From NCBI GenBank assembly GCA_002245135.1, contig NGBS01000590.1:186001-237018 (forward strand): a stretch of DNA of 51,018 bases. The letters are read 5' to 3'. Both the position numbers and the translations under genes were made by a program. This document shows, one piece after another, positions 42,482 through 51,018 of this stretch. Under the pieces are notes generated by a model. It saw only the letters and a list, made by a program, of their open reading frames with translations, was not told the DNA's origin and did not search any database. The DNA is from Proteromonas lacertae. Lineage: Eukaryota. Positions within the stretch are counted from its first letter, which is position 1, and every line of letters begins with the position of its first letter.

Positions 42482-43916
42482 TCAATAATAGAAATCATAT
42501 TCTATATGATAATCTATATTTTCAAATAAACAACCTAAATGGTTTGTCAAACTTGTATCACTTTGTGGAATGCTATTCTTTAATTCTATATATTCCAAAT
42601 TTTCATGTAGTTTTTCTAATACTGCATAGTATAACGATTCAAAAAATTCTTTGGTCATTGGAGCTTCTATTCTAAGCTCTCTTAGCTTACAGTTCTTCAA
42701 TACTTTTATTAATCCTATTATACTATTATCGTGGGTAGATATGACTAATTTAGTTATATTCGTCAATTTTGGAATATTTGCTATTAATATATTAATTACA
42801 TCACTATCAAGTATTTTCAATATACCGTAATCTAAAATCAACTCCTTTAAATTCACTAATGACACTAAACTCGCTGTTATATTACGCAACTCTTCTTTAT
42901 TTCCTACATCTATATCACATTAATAATAAATATTAGTTATATATACTTCTCAACTCTACACATTTCAAATTGTGTAATGACGGAAAGAGTTGTGCATACT
43001 TATTAATACTATTTACAACATATGGATAAGCACTATTGTTATTACAAAACTCAAATCTGTAAAGATATCTAAATTGTTGTAAAGAATTAACTACAATTAA
43101 TAAGCTGTCATCATTTATCTCATTAGATTTTATGTACAACTCCTGTAAATTGGTGAATTGTACTAGTATAATAATGAATTTCTCCGTCTCATCAGTTGAT
43201 TTTAAAAATGATGAACTTAAAATCTCTAAATGCTTTAATTGTATAAATCCATATTTGTTTATGTAATTATTCAAATTATCATTTACATTATTTTCAACTT
43301 CAAAGTAGTTTAATTTAAGAATAAATTTGTCAAAGTCATAAATATCCAGTATATTGTTGGGTTTTCTTTTCATATAATTGTCTACATATGCCTTTATATT
43401 TTCATCACTATCAAATTCACTCTGTTCATACTCTATATCCTTATCAGAGATTTCTTTTAAAATATGAAATAATTTTTCTAAGTCATTCCTCAAATTCGGC
43501 TCAGAAAAATATAACAATTCACCATAATCTAAAATTGAGACATTATATTCCTCATTTACTAAGATCATGAAAAAATCTAGCTTGCCATGTGATAAACCTT
43601 TATTTATATAATTATTATAATATTCTAGTAGAATATTTTTCTCAGTCGTTAATATATCACATATTGAACCAAAATGCACAGTCTCTAAATTGTATGGATA
43701 TTTAATCAATTTTTTGTGATTCCTATAGTCGCTATATTCATCTAGATATTGTGACGAGCCTGTTCCGACAGTATTTTTATCATCATACTCTTGAATATTT
43801 AAATCTTCCAAGCGAGTTGTTGTATTGTGCAATGTTGATCTGTTTTCTAGGTTTTTAATGATTTTATTTTTCAATCTGTAAGATTGATGATGTATATAAG
43901 TGTCAATATTGTCCAA
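42482..43916 (-). CDS. Leucine-rich repeat (RNI-like) protein; 5' end uncertain
   Basis: FTNLQELYIKSNEIND, LHNLKCVELR, LVNLKELILDY, LTNITKLVIS; intron ~42911-42947. Confidence 0.7.
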
Positions 43917-44255
43917 CTCCTTTATAATGTAGTGTATATTATGTGTATATTATATGTTTATAATACTGTTTTCTATGAAAGTGGTTTTTTAACTACAAAA
44001 ATTGGTGTAATTTTATTAATTAACTAAATTGGATAAAAGAAGAAATATTTACAGTTGGCTTAACTATTTTTAAACTTATAAAACTCTTTGTGTATATTAA
44101 TATTTTTGATATTTTAAATATTATATCAATAGTATATGTGATTGAGTTTTTAAGTTGAAAAATAATAAATTAGGCTTGATATAATTTGAGGTTTTGTTAC
44201 TTTTACACTACTTTGTACTTCTCTTTTAGTTATGTTTCAGTTTCAGATAATATAT

Positions 44256-44372
44256 GTATAACCGTAAGAATATCACTGTAGGTGGGTAACCCGTACCAGA
44301 CTATTCTTAGGTGCCTTCTACAGGTAAGAATAAGCGATTTGAGTGTAAATTAGTTTTTGGTACGGGTTATAC
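44256..44372. other. GC-rich self-complementary segment (structured RNA or terminal/origin DNA structure)
   Basis: Perfect 12-bp inverted repeat TAACCCGTACCA (44287-44298)/TGGTACGGGTTA (44358-44369); inner stem TATTCTTA (44302-44309)/TAAGAATA (44325-44332); CTGTAG (44276-44281) complements CTACAG (44318-44323). Confidence 0.6.
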
Positions 44373-44513
44373 TGGAGCAAGTGGTGAGTTTAAATTTCTT
44401 TATATATTTTAGTGTATGAGTAATTTTATGGGTTAAAATTTTTCTTTTGTTTTTCGTATATAATTTCATTTAACTTTTTCTTATTGTTTTTTATCAATCA
44501 TAATTTCAAAAAA

Positions 44514-44855
44514 ATGTCAAGAATTTGGATCGAGAATGTTAATATAGAAGATAGAAATAAGCGTGAAGATGAAGACTTTGAAAGAATCTATGCAATCATT
44601 GAAAGTGAAGTAGCTAGAATAGTAGCTGAGCCACCTCCAGTAGTAATGTGGTATACTTCTGATACAGCTGATGAGGATGACAGAAAGTATGAAGAATGGC
44701 GTGCAATTCATAAACCAACCAGAGTAGCACAAGCAACCATACGCCCTAGAAAATGGGTTGATCCTGAAGAAGAGCGCAGAAAAACAAAGATGTTAAAGCG
44801 TTATGGTATTGATGAAAAAAACATCATTGAAGAAAGACTAAGATTTCATAACTAA
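44514..44855 (+). CDS. Element orphan ORF, charged, ~113 aa
   Basis: Intronless ORF, likely ATG 44514 (MSRIWIENV). Confidence 0.6.
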   Translation: MSRIWIENVNIEDRNKREDEDFERIYAIIESEVARIVAEPPPVVMWYTSDTADEDDRKYEEWRAIHKPTRVAQATIRPRKWVDPEEERRKTKMLKRYGIDEKNIIEERLRFHN

Positions 44856-44983
44856 TTCTTAAATCATTGGTTTTAATTGAATTTTTGTTATTTGATTGGC
44901 TGAATAGAAATAAACATAATATTACATAATTCTTTTCATTCATAAATTTCTTGCGATTTTTGAAATAATCTACATAAATTAAA

Positions 44984-45571
44984 ATGAGTGATATACAAAA
45001 CGAATTAGATGCTAATATTGAAAAACACTTACAAGAAGGTGAAATGTATGAGAATGATATGTCTGAAGTAAAATCATTAATTATTAAAGTATTTAAGGAT
45101 ATGTTGGATGGTATGTATTCTGTGATTGAAGAGTATGAAGATGATCCAGAATGGAGTGAACAACCAGGTGATGATATTGATATAACAATGGAAGAAGAAG
45201 AAGAAGTGAAGGAAGAAAAACAAAGCGAATCTAAACCTAAAAAAAGAAAGGATATAACAAAGTTAGATCCAGATTCACAGATATGTAGTACTTGTGGTAA
45301 GAAGAAAGCTAATGATGAATTTGGTTATAAGAGTGAAGGTGTATTCTATAAATCTTGTACAGAGTGTAGAAATAAGAAGAAGAGAAGATATGAAGAAGTA
45401 AAGAAAGGAAGTGATAATAGTGGAGAAGATAAGAAGCGTAAAGTAGAGAATAGTTCCACTGCCGAGGGTCGACCAAAGGTAGATATTGCTAAAGTAGATT
45501 GTTCTACAAGTCCTATCCCGGGGGTAGCTACAGTAGATCTAACTACATCACCTACCTGTATAATTAATTAA
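44984..45571 (+). CDS. Element ORF with acidic N-terminus and C4 zinc finger
   Basis: CSTCGKKKANDEFGYKSEGVFYKSCTECRNKKKRR; intronless. Confidence 0.7.
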   Translation: MSDIQNELDANIEKHLQEGEMYENDMSEVKSLIIKVFKDMLDGMYSVIEEYEDDPEWSEQPGDDIDITMEEEEEVKEEKQSESKPKKRKDITKLDPDSQICSTCGKKKANDEFGYKSEGVFYKSCTECRNKKKRRYEEVKKGSDNSGEDKKRKVENSSTAEGRPKVDIAKVDCSTSPIPGVATVDLTTSPTCIIN

Positions 45572-45635
45572 CTTTTGGTTTAAAATTCATTTTTATATTT
45601 CTATACGTTTTTATATATAAATAATTTCACATAAT

Positions 45636-46019
45636 ATGCCATATAATTCATCATTAGTTATGTTAGGTGATATGAAAGATACTTTAAATGGTTTGAAACA
45701 AGAACTGTATATTTTATTAGGTTGTGTAGTTCTATGGGTTCTTTATAAATGCAAGAGAATATGTGCATGGTGTTATCATAAAGCCTGTCCTCCAGAATTA
45801 AGTGAAATATTAGCTGAGCCAGAACCTGCTGTTCAATTAGCATTAAGAAAATCTACTATTGTTTCTGCTATTCCATTTACTTTAACACCTGAAAATAGTA
45901 GAATAAATTCTAGAAATGCTAGTGATAATGAAGATGAAGAGCAATTAGAAACAGAAATAGAAATTATTCCTATTAATAAACCTGAGATTGAAATTCAAAA
46001 ACCAATCATAAATATTTAA
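45636..46019 (+). CDS. Element small single-TM protein with juxtamembrane Cys/basic cluster
   Basis: LYILLGCVVLWVLY followed by KCKRICAWCYHKAC. Confidence 0.6.
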   Translation: MPYNSSLVMLGDMKDTLNGLKQELYILLGCVVLWVLYKCKRICAWCYHKACPPELSEILAEPEPAVQLALRKSTIVSAIPFTLTPENSRINSRNASDNEDEEQLETEIEIIPINKPEIEIQKPIINI

Positions 46020-46201
46020 TTTTATATATAGTCTTTTTTTCGTATTTGATTTTGAAAGTTATTTTTTGTACCCCCTTAAATATTACATAAAGAAAAACCG
46101 TTTTATTTTTCATTCACACTTTTCTTACTCATTTTCAGTATTTTATTTTTTGCTTTTTTTTACCTTAATAGAAAATTAATTATTCAATCATTCAATCAAA
46201 A

Positions 46202-47374
46202 ATGCCAGCAGACAGAGTCAAACAACCAACCAATTCAGAATTATGCTCCCAGCTTCCATTAAAGGGACAGGCTTATGAGTTCTATCAGAAAGTGAGTCGT
46301 AACATCCAGCATTTAAAGACATTTTGCGACGAAATGTATATTCAAAGTTTGGCTTATGATGACAGCAAAAAATCAAAGAAGAAGCAAAGTCCACCACAAT
46401 TCAACTATATCGAATTAGAGAAGTCAGCTACAGCAGTTTATTATTGCTTTTCATGTAAGTTTGATAATCAGAAGTTAATTCCCATTAAACATCTAGAGAC
46501 ATTAGATCAAAATGAGTATATGAATTTATACTTTAGTGACGAAGAGATGAAGAGTATAGTAAAACCAGATGTAAAACAGATTAAACCTTTTATTCAACCT
46601 CAGTTAAAACAACAACAACAACCACAACAAGAACCACCACCACCAACTGTACCTCAAAAACCTAAAAGAGTTTATAAAGAAGAACTGATACTGTAAAGAA
46701 ACCTAAAACAAAAGCAGTTATTGATAGTGATGATGAATTAATTCATTTAAAGAAAAGAAAGATTGTTAAGGATTCTGATTTTGTTGATGAAGAACCAATG
46801 GGTATAATTGTGAAAGATACTGAATCAAGAACATCTGCTGATGATTTATTAAGTAGCCAAAGTCCTACCTTTACACCTCCAATGTCACCAAGGTCTGATA
46901 CTACACTTCTTGATGTTACTGATATTGATATACTGGATGCTGAATTGAAATATTTTAATGCTGAAATAACTAAAAAGATGAAGAAAAACAAAAAGAGATA
47001 GAAGAGAAAATTAAGCATCAAGATGCAGAGAGAAAGAAACAAGAAGATGAAGAAAAAAAGAAAAACAACAAGAAGAAGAAAGAGTTAGAAAAGTACAAGA
47101 AGAAGCAGAGAGAAAGAGAAAACAAGAAGAAGCAGAAAAGAAAAGAAAAGAAGAATTAGTGGTTATTAGAATGCTTCAAGAAGAAGAGAATATGAGACAA
47201 CAAGAAGAGTTAAGAAAGAAATGGGGTATTAGAACAAAAGAGACAAATGGAAGAAAAGATGAAAAAAGAAAACGATGAATTAGAAAAGAAGATGGAAGAA
47301 GAGTTTAAGAAAGAATTGAAGAAGAGAAAAGAAAGAAAGCTGAAGAGTTTGAGAAGATGATGAAGAACTTATAA
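46202..47374 (+). CDS. Element orphan ORF with Pro/Gln linker and charged coiled-coil tail (frameshifted)
   Basis: ORFs 46202-46696 and 46798-47001 plus an E/K/R-rich tail join across indels; stop 47372-47374. Confidence 0.55.
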
Positions 47375-47524
47375 GTATTAATATATACTTTAAATTTGTC
47401 TGGTTTATGCTTTAATCCATATACTTGAAAAAAGCACTTTGAATTCATTACTTTGATGAAAATTGGTGTTTGTTTTATATGTAAAAAATAACATAAATAA
47501 AAAACATAAAAAATTATACGAAAT

Positions 47525-48672
47525 CATTAAATAGCGAATTTTTCTTATATACTCTACCATATCTACTTTTTCTGCCTTCTGGTACTGGTTGAATATCTGG
47601 TTCTATAGGTTGTGCTTCATTATTTATACTATGAATTTGTCTTAATCTAAACTTACCATTTGTTGTAATACTATTAACTGGTACTCTTTTATTTCATGAG
47701 ATTTGAATCTATATGAGCCTATATCTCTAGGATTGAATTCTCTAGGTATTGTTCCATCCAAGTTCTTAACAGAATATGAAAATGGTCCAACTTTGTGTAT
47801 TTGGTATACTTTATCAGTATAATAAATAGTTTTTGAAGTTTGTTATCTCTACGTTCTTTAATTCTGACAAAATCATCAGCTTTAAAATGAGTATCACTTT
47901 TACGCTTCTTTAAGTTTCTAGCATGGGATTCTTTATACAATCTATCTTGGACTTCAAAATCATTGAATACTTCATTTGGAGTTAGATTATTGAGTGCAGA
48001 ATGTGGTTTTGCATTGTAATCATCTACAACAGTATATACTATATTACACAATGATTCAATATTGTTAATTTTATCAAATTCTTCATCAGACAATGTATTA
48101 ATTTTTCTATAAAACATATCTTTAATAGTTCTCACACATCGATCCAATATTTTCATTATATTATGTTCATTACGTTCTTTAAGTATAAATCGTATATGAT
48201 TTTTGTTAAACAAATCTAAAAATTTCTTACCATAGATAATACCAGACTCTTCATCTGACAATATACTTCCTACAAAACGAGCGTTTTCATCCTTAGGTTG
48301 CATACCCTGATAAAACCATTTTTCAAACACTGGATATACATCATTTTCTGATTTAGATTTAACATAATATATCCAACACTTACGACTAACAACTTCTATA
48401 ATTAACAAAAATGGAACTTTTGTATTGTTGAAAAACACCAAATCTATTTGATATGACCCAGGTAACTTTTCAATTTCATATTTAATTCTATTCCTTTTAG
48501 TTGCAGTGATTTGATAATCTGGTTTAGACTCTACAAGTTCACTACTAGCTTTTTTAATGTCAGATTTTTTAAAGTTATTCTCAAGTTCATTTACAGAGAA
48601 ATTAATAAAGTCTCGTTTGTTTAAATAACCATATGTTTTGTATAACTCATTTATTTTATCTTGTAGTGACAT
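47525..48672 (-). CDS. Retroviral-like (RVE) integrase of Polinton type
   Basis: GSYQIDLVF, LLIIEVVSRKCW, ILSDEES, ILDRCVRTIK, YNAKPHSALNNLTPNEV, HFKADDFVRI; after an indel YTDKVYQIHKVGPFSYSVKNLDG (SH3-like) and RKSRYGRVYK; 3' end approximate. Confidence 0.9.
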
Positions 48673-48737
48673 TCAAACAATATATAAAAAATATGAATGA
48701 TATATATTTAAAGAATTAATGAATTAAAATAATTAAA

Positions 48738-49506
48738 TCATTCTTCTACCTCTCCCAAATCCTTATCACTTAAAGCGTTACCAAAGTTAATAGACTTAGC
48801 AGCACTAATAAAACCATTACTAATTACTTTCTTAGCAGGGAATGGTCTACGAGTACTAATTAAATCACTATCTTCTATCTTAGTTCTCTTAATTCTTGGA
48901 GTGAAACAAATTTGTTTTTGATTAGCTTGTTCTTTCCTTAATTTTCTTCTCATTACTTCTTCTAATAGTTGTAGCTAAATCAGGATTTTCATCATAACCA
49001 ACAATATCACTACAAACTCTATGATTAACAAAGTTTTGAGTACCATTACTCTTAATAGAGATTTGATTATCAACAACACTTACAGCAATTTTACTACCAA
49101 CATCAACATCAGATGGAACTCTATAGTTACTATTATCCCATATCATAATAGAATTGAAATTGTGGAAGTATTTAATACCATGTTGAGGTTCTCTACATCC
49201 TACACTAATCAAATATCCACGAATGATTTTTTCTATAAAGTCATTCTCGGTTTCTATCATAAATTTGTTTCAATACATATTTCACTTCATCAGCTGAATA
49301 TGTTTCAAAATCTCTTCCATTATTAATTACAACTTTATGATCCAAATCATGAACAAAAGTAATCATACATATTGACTAGTTTTAGTAGGCTTAACTGTAA
49401 TACTCTCAACAGTTCCTTTAATAATCCACTTGTTACATAACTTTGGATTCTTGTAGTAATCACTGAATTCTACATCTGTAGCTTCATAGGGTGTTTCGTT
49501 ACTCAT
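48738..49506 (-). CDS. Element orphan ORF, beta-rich, possibly OB-fold (frameshifted)
   Basis: ATG 49506 MSNETPYEATDVEF...KWIIKGTVESITVKPTK; joins ORFs 48922-49260 and 48738-48953 across indels. Confidence 0.5.
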
Positions 49507-49591
49507 TTTATATAAGGGAGAGATGAAAATAAAAAATGATTAAAAAATGTCAAGAAAAATGAAAATGAAATTTTCTTTTTATTTTTAAAGT

Positions 49592-49621
49592 CGACCAATC
49601 AAATCATCCGACCAATCAAAT
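49592..49621 (+). promoter_or_regulatory. Tandem CCAAT-box repeat in divergent promoter
   Basis: CGACCAATCAAAT at 49592-49604 and 49609-49621, between ATGs at 49506 (-) and 49667 (+). Confidence 0.6.
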
Positions 49622-49666
49622 TTCATATTTCCATTTTTGATTTATTTCTCGAATTCTGTCTATATA

Positions 49667-51018
49667 ATGAGCAAACATAAAAAGCTTTTAAAGCATTTTT
49701 AAACTTCTAGAACAAACTTTTAATAAAAATAAACATCATAAGCATAAGCATCGCCATCATCATAAACATAAACATATAGATGAACTACCACCAGAAGAAG
49801 CTCCAAAACGAAGATTAGCGCCATTATTTAGTACAGATGCTATTCAAAATAAAAAAGATATAATAATGATATACCAATAATCAGTGATACATTCTTTGGT
49901 GGATTAATGCCTTCTTCCCTACCAAAACCTAACCAAATCAAAGATTTAATGATAGAATACGTGATGCTAGAGAAGTTGATAAATCATCTCAAGGTGTTAC
50001 CAGGAAATGGGTTTTCAATTATAATAATAGAAATTACAGTACACCACAACAATGTTATCATGATTTTGTTAATAATAGTGATATCAAAGATATATTACAT
50101 GAACTAGCTGATACTATGAATATGATCAAATTTTTCTTTATTGTACGTTCAATTATATACCTGATGAGTCTACTGACAGTGATGATGAGTTTCTATATTT
50201 AGTCGTAGTAGACTATGTGAAATAACAAAAATGTCTACTGTAGGTGAATACAACTATACTGGAGAATATATTTACACAAATATCAGAAGATGATTCAAAT
50301 CATCCTCAAAGTGGTCTTACTTTTGCTAGAGTAAATACATTGACTATATGTAACAAAATTTAAAGTGATACGTGGAAGTAGTTTTATTGTTTTACCTGCT
50401 AAACTTCAAGGTCTTAGATGTTTAACAAATGTAATAAATGAGATAATGAATGCTTTAAGTGGAGTGTACTATGCTCTTTATATTCTAATAATCTACAATG
50501 TAATAAAGATAAACCTGAAAAATACAAAATGTATGAAAAGAAACATGATTGGAGTATGTTACATTCCCTGTTGATGCTACAGACAATGAATCTATTGATA
50601 AGTTTGAACAAAGAATCGACTAAATGTGAATATATTTTTATATTGATATTGCTAAAGATAAAGAAGAAATATTCTTACCCATTCATTTATCTAAACAAAA
50701 GAAATCTAAAAATATAGTGTTGTAAATCTATTGCTAATAAAAAATGAAGATGGAAATTCACACTATGTAACAATAAATACCTTACCTGCTCTATTTAGAA
50801 AATGATAGATAAAAAGAATAATACTAATAATATATTTGTGTGTCCATATTGTCTCTTCTATACTTACGATGATGGATCCTTTAATAGTCACCAAATATAT
50901 GACTGTCAAGATAAAGAGAATGTATTAAGATTATTCCTGATAAAGATGATAAAGAAAAATCATACTTAAAATTTAGACATTGGACTCACCTCCAAACATT
51001 GCCAGTTGTTATGTATTA
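49667..51018 (+). CDS. N-terminal part of Polinton/adintovirus-type protein-primed DNA polymerase B (many indels, truncated by window end)
   Basis: Frame-corrected reading: QSGLTF...RGSSFIVLPAKL...NVINE-DNECFKWSVL...FPVD...IDKFEQ...VNIFY...LPIHLSK...VNLLLI...SHYVTI...FVCPYCL...LKFRHW...LPVVMY. Confidence 0.8.

Larger units (their letters stand above)
44250..51018. mobile_element. Polinton/Maverick-like element or endogenous Polinton-like virus (left part; continues past window end)
   Basis: Intronless ORF cluster with an RVE integrase and a pPolB N-terminal region; left boundary approximate, no TIR partner visible. Confidence 0.8.

Noticed and set aside
791..42482. Blastocystis-style stop codons created by polyadenylation
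   Set aside because: The host genes I traced have complete genomic stop codons; only the integrase end is ambiguous, and it lies in error-prone sequence
1..43916. Alternative genetic code or stop readthrough to explain fragmented ORFs
   Set aside because: Breaks are explained by short GT-AG introns or single indels, and conserved genes end at standard stops
44287..44369. Telomeric repeat or telomerase template (TAACCC/GGGTTA)
   Set aside because: Single hexamers forming the two arms of one stem; no 1.5-repeat template or array
44373..44398. tRNA gene from A-box-like TGGAGCAAGTGG and B-box-like GAGTTTAAATTTC
   Set aside because: The boxes abut with no anticodon arm or acceptor stem, so no cloverleaf forms

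Overview
Very AT-rich (by eye about a quarter G+C), gene-dense eukaryotic DNA with tiny GT-AG introns (mostly 25-35 nt) and intergenic gaps as short as ~60 bp. This resembles a compact protist genome of the Blastocystis/Proteromonas type (inference). Bases 1-43.9 kb hold about 18 host genes: DOCK GEF, B3GNTL1/QTGAL, SARNP/Tho1, GTF3C5, PNO1, a PHD chromatin protein, C2/EF-hand and LRR proteins, and a giant coiled-coil protein with 546-bp and 45-bp tandem arrays. Three unusual host loci stand out: a ~1,485-aa spliced Crinkler/RHS-type protein with two NTPase+REase modules, two BTB-Ig-SPRY paralogs that differ mainly in SPRY loops, and a probable membrane-anchored La-motif protein. From ~44.2 kb to the right edge the DNA turns intronless and looks like a Polinton/Maverick-like endogenous element. 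It carries an RVE integrase, the N-terminal part of a protein-primed PolB, several orphan ORFs, element-specific CCAAT repeats, and a GC-rich, multiply self-complementary ~120-nt segment near its left border. Many single-base indels fall in multicopy sequence and are probably assembly errors. All domain calls come from motif recognition, not database searches.
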